Source: Hormiphora californensis
Taxonomy: Eukaryota > Animalia > Ctenophora
Assembly: GCA_020137815.1 (NCBI GenBank)
Contig: CM035359.1
Coordinates: 4,588,001-4,652,000 of the forward strand
Direction: 5' to 3'
DNA: 64,000 nt
Below, piece by piece: positions 22,605 to 39,589 of this stretch (position 1 is its first letter; each line of letters starts with the position of its first letter). The translations under genes and the position numbers were made by a program. Below the pieces are notes generated by a model. It did not search any database. It was not told the DNA's origin and saw only the letters and a list, made by a program, of their open reading frames with translations.

Positions 22605-23668
22605 AGAGAGAGAGAGAGAGAGAGAACCCCTTGTACCAGAAACATACCACCCACAAGCTATAATACCTGCTGCAGCACATGACTAATAACACCATGGGTC
22701 ATCAGGAGACATGCAGAGAGATTTGGTTGGATTTTAGAAGGAATAGAGAATGCCATACCTCAGATAAATAGTCAATTTTATCAACATGATCTGCATATCA
22801 TCATCTCTTCGGACTGATATGAATCACAAAATCTTTAGAAAGAAATTGATGATCTAGCTTACCCACGGCTTCTTTCTAGCAACGTATTGTATCTCGTTGA
22901 AAAACAAAAAGAGATGAGATGACAAAAACGCTGCCACCATCATTTATGAAAGCATGAAATGCTTGATAGTCTTTGAACAATTCTTACTATTTTAAGTTCT
23001 TTACCATCTAGTCTACAATGAAGATAGACATATAACTATTCACCATGTGGTAGAATAGGAGAATATCGATATATTGACCACTATTATAGTGGTCGATACA
23101 ATTTCTGTTTCATATATCCACCACAGAGCGGCCGTAACCGCATTCATTTGAGTGTAAAGATTAATTGCTACATTAATCTGAATTGTGAATAAACTGCAAA
23201 ATGAATTGATCCAACGTTTACCGGGGGTACTCGGAGAAAATTATTAACCCATTATTATACCGAAGTGAAATTAAAGTGAAAGTGGACCGACGTCCGACAC
23301 AGATTGGACAAGATTGTTGGAGGTAGTATAATAGAATAGGTAGTTCTCTGAGAATGTTACCTAAATCGAGGGTAGTAACGTACGGTAGATATAGGTCCGG
23401 AAAATAGATATAGTGTTGACTTACCTTCCCAACACGTTTACAGAACCCGTTCTCTTTACCAGCTGGAGCACCAATATCAAAACATATGGATTCATTACAG
23501 CCATGTGAGTCTAAAACGAAGAATGTGTTTTTGAATTTTTATCAAACTTGGTTCAAAAATTAGAAAAGCTTTTAAGTACAAAACTAAAGATAGAATGAAT
23601 GAACTTTAAAAGACCCATAAAAGAGAATTAATTGCGATTAACTATTTAAAACGCCTGCACTAGCATGA

Positions 23669-23762
<94 letters not shown>

Positions 23763-24424
23763 ACATTAAAATTATGACAGTTATTGTAATAGCAGAGCGA
23801 GCCTCACATCAAAGATGCTCTCCCGCTACTAGGGAACTGAACAATGCTTCCACAAGCCCGGTATCTAATGCATAATTACATCTCAAAACTTCAAGTTTAG
23901 CTCATGAGAATTAAGACGCCATCCACCTGGTTAAGATATGTTGATATTTTTCAAGCGGGCATAGCTCTATGATGAACTGAATAAAAGAAACGGTAAATAG
24001 ACACTCATATAACAACTAGCAATTATCTAATATCTCTCATGAGTAATATCTGATGAGGTACGAGAGAGAAGTTGAGTCTCTTCTAACCCATACAATACAC
24101 ATGGAATATTGGTAGACGCTATACGTCATGAATCATGCATCTAACTGATGAAGTATAATATTTTTGACCTAAGCACGTCATCCGACCCGAAACCGGCCTA
24201 ATTTTGATCGCGGAATGGTCTCATGACCTCCGTCCTCATAACATCAATCAAAATATGTTTAATTTTGGGCCATTTCAAGCTTTTAATTACATTAGAAACT
24301 GGGGCAAACGTAAATCTAGAAAAAACATCTAGCTGGGTTTATCATAAAACGATCATGTGAGGCGTGAAACGATGCTCCTTATTTAGGGGCAACGGAGGGG
24401 ATGCTCCTTATTTAGTCCTCTGTC

Positions 24425-25330
24425 CTAGGGGACCAACTGAGGACCCTGGGGGACCAAATGAGGACCCTAGGGGGCAACGGAGGACCCTGGGGACCAACTT
24501 AGGACCCTGGGGGACCAAATGAGGACCCTAGGGGCTAACTGAGGACCCTAGGGGGCCAACTGAGGGCCCTAGGGGGCCAACTGAGGACCCTAAGGGACCA
24601 ACTGAGGACTGTAGTGGTCAACTGAGGACCCTAGGGGACCAACTGAGGACCCTAGGGGACCAGCTGAGGACCCTAGGGGCAACTGAGGGCCCTAGGGGGA
24701 AACTGAGGGCCCTATATGGGACCAATTGAGGACCCTAGGGGGCCAACTGAGCTGATGACCCTAGGGGACCAACTGAGGACCTAGGGGGCAACTGACATGA
24801 GGGCCCTATATGGGACCAATTGAGGACCCTAGGAGACCAACTGAGGACCCCTAGGAGCCAACCGAGGACCCTAGGGGACCAACTGAAGACCCTAGGGTGC
24901 AACTGAGGGCCCTAGGGGGAACTGAGGGCCCTATATGGGACCAATTGAGGACCCTAGGGGGCCAACTGAGCTGAGGGTTTATCATAAAACGATCATGTGA
25001 GGCGTGAAACGATGCTCCTTATTTGGTCCTCTGTCATAGGGGACAAACTGAGGACCCTCCGACCCTAGGGGACCAACTGAGGACCCTAGGGGACCAACTG
25101 AGGACCCTAGGGGACCAACTGAGGACCCTAGGGGGCAACTGACATGAGGGCCCTATATGGGACCAATTGAGGACCCTAGGGGACCAACTGAGGACCCTGG
25201 GGACCAACTGAGGACCCTATGGTGCAACTGAAGACCCTATGGTGCAACTGAGGGCCCTAGGGGACCAATTGAGGACCCTAGGGGGCCAACTGAGCTGAGG
25301 ACCCTAGGGGACCAACTGAGGGCCCTAGGT
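24425..25330. repeat. 21-22-bp minisatellite (GAGGACCCTAGGGGACCAACT)n
   Basis: Direct reading; includes a second copy of the upstream flank (gggtttatcataaaacgatcatgtgagg at ~24336 and ~24975). Confidence 0.95.
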
Positions 25331-25792
25331 AATCTAAGTATTTTAAGAAGCCTGCTGAAAATGCATGAGATTAGATTAGAAACACCATTAATACATAATT
25401 AATTGCTTTCTAAGTTGGTTTATAAATATGCAGTTGCAGTTGACTTAGCATTGAAATATTGGTAGCCAGAATACAGACAACGCCCCCAGTAAACCAGACA
25501 GGTATAGAGTCCGTCATACAAATTTCCACATGAACAGGGAAATATGTGTTACAAGAAATACTGAAATAGACGAGATGCAACGCCCACTGCAAACAACGCT
25601 TTGCATCAATATAGCAGACTCTGTTTCTAACCCATTGTATTGCTCTCTCTTTCCATCATTATGATGCCAAGATAGTTGTCTAGCTGAACTAGCTGCCTTG
25701 AAAAAACGAACAGATCTATTATTAATGAGCTTGTATCTCGTGTAGATATATTTCGATCTGTTCGTATATTTAGATATTCTCAGCGTTAGCAG

Positions 25793-26090
<298 letters not shown>

Positions 26091-26351
26091 TTACCCCGCC
26101 TACATTCTACAACATTCACCCTGTAGCAGTCGGATGCGGGCTCTCTCGCAGTTCTCTTTCTCCCACCATTTATGTCCACACACTTTCCCAATCGGTGATC
26201 GACCCAGATATTTTCTCTCAAAATCTCTATTCGCTTCATATCACAAGAAAGCTACCTTTAGCTTTCTCAATTTGGCAAAGTTATCTAAATTCAACGAGTT
26301 CTGAGCTGGAGGCATGTACATTTGCTCTCTTTGCTCACTATCTCGTTCTCT

Positions 26352-26390
<39 letters not shown>

Positions 26391-27423
26391 ACCCAACAAA
26401 GCTACGTGCAGCGATGGTGCGAATGGGAGTTATAATTATCCAGCTTATAGAAGCATTGTTGAATGCTCCTCCGCTTCCGGCTCCTAGTTCTCCCGATCCA
26501 GACAATAAACACACAGAAGCATTGAGTTCGAGAATTCAACAGGAATCCTATAGCTGCCAAGAGAGTCACTTTATAATAATGAATCTTTATAGCTCCTCCA
26601 GCCGGAATATTGTTTGTTGCAAAAGTAAATTTTCGTCATACCTGGTAATAAGATCTGAGCAAGAATTGGCTTGTATTAAATAATGGCCATATGGACACAA
26701 GACTCTCGATCACTATCCGGACACGTGATCACTTCCTTTTATTGAAAGGTTAAATTCACAGAATAATATCTCACACAGTTTGATGTACAGATATTGCACT
26801 ATTTATTGGAGGGGATATGATCAGATATTGCAAGAGAGCTAAATTTAACGTTTAATTCATCAAATATCTTGCAGATTGCGGATCAACAATATCTGTGATC
26901 ATCTATAGGATATACCATCACTGTGCAAGATATTGTAGATATTATCACCATGCAATAAACACACGTATAGGCGGCTTCCAGACCAGTGCGGAATAACAAT
27001 ACTTTCTTAGTGAAGAAAATAAGGACTAAACCCAAACTAAAATAATTACAAGTCTCTCTCTCTATCTCTCTTTCTCTCTCTCTTTCCCTCTCTTTTTACG
27101 CCTGCCGACAGGTATTTCATCGAGGCTGGTGTTTGCGAGGTGTTGGCAGGATAGTGCGTTTTACTAAAGTACTCTATTAATTATCAGTAGCTAGTATCCG
27201 GCCAGGACACACAGTTCAAGAAATGCAAAAGCAGGGCGATATTACATATCATCAATATTGGAAACGAAGTTACCCCTCATATAACTCAGGCATCGCGGTA
27301 ATAACGCACGTTTTAGCGTGCCCGCAAGGTATAGGGGTAATTTCGTTACCAAATCATAAATATAATGTTATGAACTTTCTACAATAAATTAGAGTTTTTA
27401 ATTAAATATAGTGTATTCCACTA

Positions 27424-29167
27424 AACTTTCCCACTTTGACCTCCTAATCTCTAAGAAACTTTTCCATTTTAACCTCCTAATCTCTTAGAAACTTTCCCAC
27501 TTTGACCTCCTTATCTCTAAGAAACTTTCCCACTTTGACCTCCTTATCTCTAAGAAACTTTCCCACTTTGACCTCCTTATCTCTAAGAAACTTTCCCACT
27601 TTGACCTCCTTATCTCTAAGAAACTTTCCCACTTTGACCTCCTTATCTCTAAGAAACTTTCCCACTTTGACCCTCCTTATCTCTAAGAAACTTTCCCACT
27701 TTGACCTCCTTATCTCTAAGAAACTTTCCCACTTTGACCTCCTTATCTCTAAGAAACTTTCCCACTTTGACCTCCTTATCTCTAAGAAACATTCCCACTT
27801 TGACCTCCTTATTTCTAAGAAACATTCCCACTTTGACCTCCTTATCTCTAAGAAACTTTCCCACTTTGACCTCCTTATCTCTAAGAAACTTTCCCACTTT
27901 GACCTCCTTATCTCTAAGAAACTTTCCCACTTTGACCTCCTTATCTCTAAGAAACTTTCCCACTTTGACCTCCTTATCTCTAAGAAACTTTCCCACTTTG
28001 ACCTCCTTATCTCTAAGAAACTTTCTCCACTTTGACCTCCTTATCTCTAAGAAACTTTCCCACTTTGACCTCCTTATCTCTAAGAAACTTTCCCACTTTG
28101 ACCTCCTTATCTCTAAGAAACTTTCCCACTTTGACCTCCTTATCTCTAAAAACTTTCCCACTTTGACCTCCTTATCTCTAAGAAACTTTCCCACTTTGAC
28201 CCTCCTTATCTCTAAGAAACTTTCCCACTTTGACCTCCTTATCTCTAAGAAACTTTCCCACTTTGACCTCCTTATCTCTAAGAAACTTTCCCACTTTGAC
28301 CTCCTTATCTCTAAGAAACTTTCTCACTTTGACCTCCTTATCTCTAAGAAACTTTCCCACTTTGACCCTCCTTATCTCTAAGAAACTTTCCCACTTTGAC
28401 CCTCCTTATCTCTAAGAAACATTTCCCACTTTGACCTCCTTATCTCTAAGAAACATTTCCCACTTTGACCCTCCTTATCTCTAAGAAACTTTCCCACTTT
28501 GACCTCCTTATCTCTAAGAAACTTTCCCACTTTGACCCTCCTTATCTCTAAGAAACTTTCCCACTTTGACCCTCCTTATCTTCTAAGAAACTTTCCCACT
28601 TTGACCTCCTTATCTCTAAGAAACTTTCCCACTTTGACCCTCCTTATCTCTAAGAAACTTTCCCACTTTGACCTCCTTATCTCTAAGAAACTTTCCCACT
28701 TTGACCTCCTTATCTCTAAGAAACTTTCCCACTTTGACCCTCCTTATCTCTAAGAAACTTTCCCACTTTGACCTCCTTATCTCTAAGAAACTTTCCCACT
28801 TTGACCTCCTTATCTCTAAGAAACTTTCCCACTTTGACCTCCTTATCTCTAAGAAACTTTCTCACTTTGACCTCCTTATCTCTAAGAAACTTTCCCACTT
28901 TGACCCTCCTTATCTCTAAGAAACTTTCCCACTTTGACCTCCTTATCTCTAAGAAACTTTCCCACTTTGACCTCCTTATCTCTAAGAAACTTTCCCACTT
29001 TGACCTCCTTATCTCTAAGAAACTTTCCCACTTTGACCTCCTTATCTCTAAGAAACTTTCCCACTTTGACCTCCTTATCTCTAAGAAACTTTCCCATTTT
29101 GACCTCCTTATCTCTAAGAAACTTTCCCATTTTGACCTCCTTATCTCTAAGAAACTTTCCCACTTTG
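27424..29167. repeat. 33-bp tandem satellite (AAACTTTCCCACTTTGACCTCCTTATCTCTAAG) x~53
   Basis: Highly homogeneous array; explains the repetitive ORFs. Confidence 0.97.
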
Positions 29168-31340
29168 TTAGTGGAGTACACTCATTTATTGTAGTTGCGA
29201 TTACAACTCACATAACCGTGGATACGTGTGTTCAGTTCATAATAAACACGATAATAAGATAACAGTACACGTCCAACTCAGTGCATGTATGTAGGGCACG
29301 CAATTGACAAGCATTGCTTGCTCCTACAAGTCCCTATATAATTCCTCATATATATTGTGTCCTAATATGTTTCGGTATATGTTGTGTGGGTGCAGGCTGC
29401 ACATCAGTTATTAGTCTTTATATTTTGCAACGGAATATTATTATCTACATAGGTTAGAGCGGCCGTTGCTACATTAAATGGGCTTTAGATCACCACTCGA
29501 GTCATTAAGAGAGAGAAAGATTGGTTTGTATGGGAAGCTGGTTTCTGCACTGCTGCAAAGCTGCAGAGGTGCAGCCGCTAGCCATCATGTCGCCACATGT
29601 GAGTTAGGAGTGATAAGGAGGGTGGTGGTCAGTCAGATTATCGGTAACCAACGTGGACAAATGGGATTGGCTGGTGGGGTCAGGGCCGGCAAGGACACGT
29701 GGTAGTAGGCGGTCACGCAACGGACGGGACATAGTTTGGGAGGTTGGAGAAGACACAGAGAGTTCTCGGCACACGGTTTTGGTGTACGGATCTGCTAGAT
29801 GGGATTGTACAAAGGGAGTTTGTCTGCGGCCAAACTTCCTTATATTGTCAGCTTGGGTCTCGTAATGGGGGCGGCTATATTGCTAGCATTGATAGTAGGC
29901 CACGCTACAAGGTGGAATAGTGTTGTGTAGCTTGGTGGAGGTAAAGCTTGGTGGAGGTGTAGCTCGGTGGAGGTAGTAGTGTTGTGTGGCTTGGTGGCGG
30001 TAGTTTTGGGTTGATCTAGTTCTTATTGGGCAGGAGGTAGTCAAGACATGAGAGGAGGATGAGTAGTTCAGAGGAGAGAGAGTATTGGAGAGGCACGAGT
30101 GTTTAGTTTATATCATTACTTTATGTTGAGCATGGATTGAGTGTATATATTTGTATATTTAAAGGGAGTATTAAATGGAGATTTATATAGGAATCCTGGC
30201 GGTGTGTCAGAGTTTCCGAAAGGCGATCTCCCGGCGGCCCGGTGGTTACGGCTGGTGTATCAGTTGGACTTGTATTGGTTGAGTAGTGTAGTGGTTAGTC
30301 CATGGATACTAGAGCCGTTGCCACCGAGACAAGGGGAGATCTCCTCTTTTACACGTATATTGTTTGTTTTCATTTGTCTACTCGGTCATGGATTATGGCA
30401 GTCCTAGTAATAGTTCTCTTTATGGACGGAGAGCCAGGGACTCTGATCCGTAGGGGGCCCAGGCACTTGCACAGGGTACTATACATTTGGTACAATGTCT
30501 TGTGCATACGTGGCTTTTACAGTCCGGGCCACGGCCTGGTGGCGGCGGTATAAAGGCCCGCTCCCTACATGTACTCTCAACGACCAAAGTAGCTCCAAGC
30601 TCATTTCCATTTCCCACTATAATACAATAATAGTCGAACCCCGATTTAACGGCACCCTCGGGGGAAAGGATTTCGTGGTCCGACTGTAATAAAAACACCT
30701 TGAATGTTCGGTTCATCACAGAAGCAAGATAAAGCATTTATAGAGCAATGTACATGAGTCGGAGTCCAATAATATTTCCGTTTATGATAATACACATTTA
30801 ACTGCTTGCTGATTGTAATTATAATCCAAAATTAGAACAATGTATATAGCGACACACGAGAGAGTCTGGATCTTTCAAAACAAACAAATGGTGCCAAGAT
30901 TACACTCAAATTGCAGTCACACTCTTTACACACACTGCAATCATGGGGTGTGTCACCTGACCGGCTTTGTATTGTTCATACTATTATGAGGTGCAACAGC
31001 ACAAGATCAGCTGCAGTATAATAGGACATGCAGTGGTATAATGTGGCTCACAACATCATTTTATTGACGCTCTGTGAGGGTTCGGTATAGATCAAAGATG
31101 GTGGTTTCCTCCCTTATAGCTACCACGTTCAATTCTACTCAAGAGAAGAATGGTGTACATTGCGATGTAACATGGGAATTATACTCGGTAGTATAGGGTA
31201 TGCTTCTCCTTTACAACTTATAGGGTGTGGTGAGAGAGGGTCGAGAGCAAGACAAAGATTTATAGGGTGGTCAAGTAAGCATTGTGTTGAGGAATTATAG
31301 TCATGTGATTGAGTGATTAGGATATTACACAGGTATAGAG

Positions 31341-31449
31341 CAGGAACCGACCGGACCCAGTAAACAACCAATCAGAACTCGTTATTTAGGTCACGTGACT
31401 GGTTATCAGCCAATCAGGGACCAGTATTTCCTGATTCGGTCGGTTCCTG
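31341..31449. mobile_element. CAGGAACCGACC MITE copy
   Basis: Full TIRs; TSD not recognisable. Confidence 0.85.
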
Positions 31450-31767
31450 CTATGTATGAGTAATGATGTGGAGCCCATTGTAGTAGGGGATTTTAATAAG
31501 AGCAGCGAGAGGGAGATAATTGTGATCTATACCAATAGATACTAAAATTACGGTGCGAGCCACACCAAGATAATCATTCTGGATCAGACCACAGCTGCAG
31601 CTGCACAGATTTAGAGGATGGTGGATCGTACGATCAAACTCTCTCTACCACAAAGCCATTATGTGCGTGGTTTGGCAAGCAATACGGATCGCACAGGTCT
31701 TACTGCGTTTAAATTAATTAAAATTTTAATTAAGTTAATTGTTACTTCGCAAGGAGGTTCGTCTCTT

Positions 31768-31978
31768 ACAGTTGCACAATTTCCAGAGCCTGGCTTTATT
31801 TTGGGAGTGTCTTTTTAGCCTAATTAATAGCAAGATTGAGAGAGATAGATAGTGACTCACAATTGCACTATCTACCTCTCTCCATCTCGCTAATTAGGCT
31901 AAAAAGATATATATATATCTTTTTTTAGTACATATATGTACTCCCAAAAAGCGAGGTTCTGGAAACTGGAGCAACTAT
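31768..31978. mobile_element. Degenerate fold-back MITE
   Basis: Imperfect inverted symmetry (agttgc..tttccagagcc / ggttctggaaa..gcaact; tctttttagcctaatt / aattaggctaaaaaga). Confidence 0.5.
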
Positions 31979-32318
31979 TAGTGAGACAGAGATCACAGAG
32001 GCAGACAAAGGGAGAGTTATATTAACATTTGATAGAGCAAACAAGATCTGTGATTAGGTTGTAACACTCTAATAATGCTCCCACCGAGAAATGAACATTA
32101 ACTGGAAATTGTTCTTGAGTAACCCTTTACTGAACAAGGAAATGGAGGAAATTGGTAAAGCTACAATGTGATATGTTATGCTTATTTTCCGAATAAAAGC
32201 TAATATGTACATGGCACAGTCCACGTCTGAGTGAGATAATCTCACTCAGACGTGGACTGTGCCACATATTAGTATAGCTCAATCGGATACATGAGACATG
32301 AGACATATTATAGTTATA

Positions 32319-32490
32319 CAGTCGGACCTCGATTTAGTGGCATCCTCGGGGGAAAAAAATCCTGCCACTAAATCGGGGTGCCACTAAATCGGGTTCAAAT
32401 AATTTTAATTTTCGTATATCGGGGGGAAAAAATCCTGCCACTAAATCGGGGTGCTACTAAATCGGGGGCCACTAAATCGGGGTCCGAATG
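32319..32490. mobile_element. MITE, CAGTCGGAC family (TA TSD)
   Basis: ta|cagtcggacctcgatttagtgg...ccactaaatcggggtccgaatg|ta. Confidence 0.85.
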
Positions 32491-32529
32491 TATTTATTGT
32501 CCGAATCAAACCTAATATGCATAGCTTAA

Positions 32530-32796
32530 AGTGAGAGAGAACAGCAGGGATTTTCACAAAAAATTATCTGGATACTCCTTGATGGCTAACTAAAACTTTA
32601 GTGAAAACTGCATGTCTCTAGCATGTTTTTGAAAATTTAGCTAACACATGCAGTTACGCCCATTATGGTGCGTCTCGCATGTGTTAGATGGATTTTCGAA
32701 AACATGCTAGAGACATGCGGTTTTCACTAAAGTTTTAGTTAGCCATCAAGGAGTATCAAATAACTTTTTGTGAAATCCCTGCTGTTCTCTCTCACT
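32530..32796. mobile_element. Palindromic MITE with TTAA TSD (Kolobok-like)
   Basis: ttaa|AGTGAGAGAGAACAGCAGGGA...TCCCTGCTGTTCTCTCTCACT|ttaa, arms of ~125 bp. Confidence 0.8.
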
Positions 32797-33806
32797 TTAA
32801 CCGGATACATGAGTGCAGAAGCACGGCAATTATCATTTGATAAAAGGAGCATTCTGTGAGGTATAGCACTGACCCTTTCTCGTGCGATGAGCAAGGAGAG
32901 AGTGGTGGTCAGGACGCCGACAGGGAGAAATTCGAATCTATTGACCTATTGTATTAACATTTAAAAATACTAATTGAGACAATATGGAAAATGGCGGAAA
33001 ATGCAGTCGTGACTGAAAAAATGCGTAGAGCCAAGGCCCAAGGTGGAGAGGAAATGTTGAACATCTTTAATTTCCTGCAAGCCATCCTATTATAGTCTCT
33101 CTCTATAATATCTATCTATTTCTCTCTCCTCTCTCTTTCTCACGCTGCTCTCTGTGCTCAGGAGTTGAACCACTTATTACATGTAGAACGACCCCATGAG
33201 GGTCGGATAAGATGCATTATAAAGAGGGTTAGAGGGAGACGAAAGAAGAGAAATCGGTGAGGAAAAGAGGTACCGAGAAAAATATTAAAAATGTCTACTA
33301 AGAAGATTCCTTCGAGCCTCGGACTCGTGGTCCTCGTGGAGTTTTAGAGGTTTTTTTGCAAAAGGAATCCGAAGGCATTCACCCGGGCGCGAAAAATCCT
33401 AAAGTATTCATAGTAGACATACCAGCTTCATCCAAGATAGATGGTAAATTAATCGTGTAAATCGACTAGGAAATCAACGGTTTCCAATCCGATTTAATAC
33501 AAAACTATTCAGGCGAAATATTCTGAAAACTAATGAAACAAGAAATATTTTCACTAAATAGACTCATATTGTGACGAATAAAAATGGCGGATGGGAATTG
33601 TGTTCGGTATCATACAAAGCTAACAAAAGGCAGGTGTGTGTGTGTAAGCTGAAGAGCTCTGTTAATTAAGAGATGATCTTCTGATGAGGCGCACTGTAAA
33701 AAGTGGATGATTAGGAAACTTTGGTCATCTGTTACATTCCAATAGAGGAAGGTTATATGTTGCCTAGCTAGAATGTCTTTTGCGCGCCCCGTTGGACAAA
33801 ACAAAA

Positions 33807-34020
33807 GGTAGCGACTGGCTATTTGAAATGGCGGCTAATTTGAAACACCCCGGCCTCTACAGGCCAGCAGGTGCACCAGATTTGGACTTTTAGACATCAG
33901 TGGGCTAGTCAGAACTCGTGCCAAGCCCACTGATGTCTAAAAGTCCAAATCTGGTGAACCTGCTGGCCTGTAGAAGGGGTGTTTCAAATAGGCCGCCATT
34001 TCAAATAGCCAGTCGCTACC
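33807..34020. mobile_element. Palindromic MITE (GGTAGCGACTGGC TIR)
   Basis: Near-perfect inverted arms of ~100 bp. Confidence 0.8.
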
Positions 34021-34414
34021 CTATGTAATATGTATGTTGTGAGCAATGGTGGACCATTAATTCAAGTGATGGATTGTATTGATATCTCCCACTAATCGAT
34101 CACTATGACGATTTAATAAAGGGTGCTTGGACACAACAACAGCTAGAAATTGACTGTTGCGTTGTCGGAAGGGTGGAGTCGCCGCATATAACAAGATAAC
34201 AGGATTTAAATTAGGTCAACTAACAAGCATTATGTATTAATGCTGGTAACGTAATCTACTCCTACAGTATAGATGAAGAAATAGAGAGAAGCTGTAGGTA
34301 GCCTATTATAATAATTGTCGGCCTGAGTACACCCGGAAATCATTCGGTGATGAAATCAAAAGTGTATAATAACGCCCATTTCATTGGTTTGAGTAACGTG
34401 GCAATAACTTGGAA

Positions 34415-35019
34415 TACTATTCAAATTGTCAGTGCTACATCACCTAGCAACTACACCTGCACGTGCAATTATTAGAGCAACTTAGAAACCTCACTCCCAG
34501 TTGCAGTTTTGGGTACTAAGGGAAATTCAATTCTGCACGTGCATTCTTTTACTTTTGTCCTGATGTCTAACTCTTCAACCACAAGCGCTATTCGGCAACG
34601 GTCATCTGGGTCCGGAAGATCTGCTGCTGTCAGAGAGCAGGCCAGAGAATATGACAGATTACGCCAACATGTTCAAGCGAGCCAATCAACGACTACTGAT
34701 AGCTTTACCCAACGTCGCCCAAGGGTGATTACTCCAATCGAATATAGAAATCTCTGAATTGGCTACATAGCGGCCAAGTTTTCACGTGATGAGTTTCTGT
34801 AACAGCACTGAACCTCCCGGCTCCCTGACATTGATTTTTTAAATTCGCACCTTGACATTGTCAGGAAGCCCAGAGCGTACAACAACATAGCGTAAAACAA
34901 CGTAGTATAGGGAGAAAGTGAGAGATAGGCTAGGAACGGATGGTGCAGGTGATGTCAGCGTTCCCTAATCCAGCTACCATTTCCCCGAAATTCGCCCGTA
35001 GGGCGAACGGGCCTACTAG
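34415..35019 (+). mobile_element. Non-autonomous Helitron copy
   Basis: Same sequence and hairpin-CTAG|t end as 20383-20958. Confidence 0.85.
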
Positions 35020-35471
35020 TAACTTGGAATGTAACTTTGTGGTCGATAACTCGTGGTTAGGATGTGTCGATACACTGTATAGTATAAGGATCTGCTAAAC
35101 CACAAATACAGATATGTTAACGTGAACCGCATGCCCATAATAATTATAGTGGGCGTGATAAAAATAATAGCGTCTATATATGTCAATACACGTGACTTTA
35201 TATATATACAGGGTTTGGAGGAAAACAGTCGAGCCTGAACCTCAGGTCAAGTTTGGTGCGCTTTGCGCGCCGGCAAGGGAGGGGTAACTTCGTTACCAAA
35301 GGTCAAGTGCGCTTTTTTACGGCTGTTTACAACTGAAATCTAAGATTTAACAGTGTTCAGTGACGGCTATTCCCTGAAATCGCGAACATCGCGCGCTCTG
35401 GGAAATCAGGCTTCGAATTTGCACCCTCAAATCCCTGAGATAACAAGTAGGCCTCAGATTTCAGACCTTAT

Positions 35472-37308
<1,837 letters not shown>

Positions 37309-37784
37309 TTAAAGTCTGAAATCTCAGTGTGATGACGTCATTATCGCCTGTTCTCCCTCGCACAGGTAGGCAAGCTTCTAGCGCCTGATTGGTCCTTTCT
37401 GAAACCCTGCAATTTCATTGGCTTAGAGGATTTCTTAAATCCTATACTTCGGATTCGTAAAACCATCTAAGTAATGACCTTTCAAGTGAACCAATAAACC
37501 TTATTCGACTAGTTAGGGACATATAATATTCTCAGATTTTAAAAGGCATTATTGGCCATTTGGCCAATAACTTATTTACACGTATATTTATACTGTACAT
37601 TTTCAGTTTAGTGTTTTAACAAAATTCTGGCTGTTTATTCGTCACCATATCGTCCATTTAGAATTAAGCGACGGAAAGATCTACCACTCAAGACTTGCTT
37701 ATAAAATACTGCTTACATGTTATTAGTTATATTCTTGTCTAAACCATCACAAAAAACAATCACGGAATAACCTAGTGACGAAGT

Positions 37785-37884
37785 NNNNNNNNNNNNNNNN
37801 NNNNNNNNNNNNNNNNNNNNNNNNNNNNNNNNNNNNNNNNNNNNNNNNNNNNNNNNNNNNNNNNNNNNNNNNNNNNNNNNNNNN
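37785..37884. other. Assembly gap (100 N)
   Basis: Run of n. Confidence 1.
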
Positions 37885-38230
37885 ATGGTTCCCCAGCTGT
37901 TTTCCTTCATAATAGATGATATTATACGATGACCCAGGTTATTGATATATTGGTATATCCCTACCATTGACCCGATATGATATTATTGTGCAAGGACCCC
38001 ATGAAGAGGTTGAACGTCAAATAGTCGCCACTGATTTTCTTAGAAAAAAGTTATAAATGTATTTGCGACTGTAATGACAAATTCTCTTTGAACTATTTAA
38101 AATTCTATACAAATTGACACCGAACACTACTTACATTGTGTAATGGTCATCTCAGTCGTGGAGATCAGTAATCTCCAAACAGTCAACAACCATTATCGGA
38201 AATATCATCTGAAAGAATTTATAGGGCGTG

Positions 38231-38331
<101 letters not shown>

Positions 38332-38716
38332 AGAGATGTAGAGAGAAATCAGAAATATGAGAGGCGGGGAAAAGGGGGTATTTTGGGGTGTTAGGGAACT
38401 ATATGGTGTCATGTAATAGAACGTTCATGTTCTGGCCGGGTATCATATGTGTCTTGGTCAGTCAAAACAAATAGAGTGTATAACATGGCGGTTAATTCAT
38501 TGACTTTGTTGGTCTCCGTTGTAGGTCTGTTATAGAGAACTAAACAGCTGAATGATTTTGTTAATAAACAATTGTTGGGGAATAACGTTAATCAATTTGT
38601 GATGATTAGTTTTCTTGGAATCGGCCGGATAGAATTTGTAGTTTCATCATCTCTTATGATCCTTTCCGGCTGTTCTGAACGACTATCCGTTATATAGCGC
38701 CCCGTCGCAACACACA

Positions 38717-38791
<75 letters not shown>

Positions 38792-39463
38792 CCCCCTCTC
38801 TCTCTCTACTAGGCACCACCCACGCACATCGGCTGTACTCATCTAACTTTAACCTTGAACCCCCTCTCTGTTTTCCCCCTCTCTTGTCTTCCAATCTCAG
38901 TACAGTAGTCGCAATACAGATAATATCTGTATATCAGATACATATCTCTCTATCAGGCCTCATTCCTCGTAGCTGCCTTGTAGTTTCCTTCTATATCATT
39001 CAGATTTCGGGCTGTTATAACAGCCAACACCAAAATCTTCCTGCTTTAATGCTATAATTTCTTTTATAACAGCAAAGCCCCCAATAATAACATTGTACTT
39101 AAATCGATAAATTACACTTAGCTCTCAATATAAAGTCCCGTATCAATTTCCTCCTCCTAACACCACTATAGCTTGTATAACAGCTGCAGTACCAACTGTG
39201 TGTAAATCGTAAACACACGGCAAGAGATTTGGCGGGCACTGCATATAGGTCACGTGTCCTTGTAATGTCCTTGTCTTACTACGTCCCCCTCCAATTGCGT
39301 CCCCCCTCTCCCCCAGCCCCAACAGCCAATGAATCTTTAATGGTACACAGTTACATACAAAACGTGTGTGACGGTTGTTTGAGGTCAGCTAGGTTCTTTC
39401 TTATATAATCTGATGGAATACAATTGCTTTTGTTATGTACATTAATTTGGAAATGGTCATTAT

Positions 39464-39572
39464 CAGGAACCGACCGGATCAAGTAAACAACCAATAAGAA
39501 CTCGTTATTTAGGTCACGTGACTGGTTATCAGCCAATCAGGGACCAGTATTTCCTGTTTCGGTCGGTTCCTG
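39464..39572. mobile_element. CAGGAACCGACC MITE copy
   Basis: Full TIRs; perfect 8-bp TSD gtcattat. Confidence 0.9.
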
Positions 39573-39589
39573 GTCATTATACATTTTGT

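Noticed and set aside
24425-25330. Possible CRISPR or collagen-like repeat
   Set aside because: Head-to-tail 21-22-bp minisatellite with indels, no unique spacers and no maintained frame.
27477-29262. LRR-looking repeat ORFs (LTSLSLRNFPT)n and possible CRISPR-like array
   Set aside because: Pure 33-bp tandem satellite with no spacers and frequent frameshifts; no splice or flanking coding context.
29480-30560. Possible decayed LINE ORF1/5' region on the minus strand (Pro-rich, C/H pattern)
   Set aside because: Too degenerate to assign without a search.
34405-35030. Apparent 11-bp TSD (taacttggaat) around one Helitron copy
   Set aside because: Not seen at the other copies; more likely a pre-existing local repeat or repair duplication than the family's mechanism.
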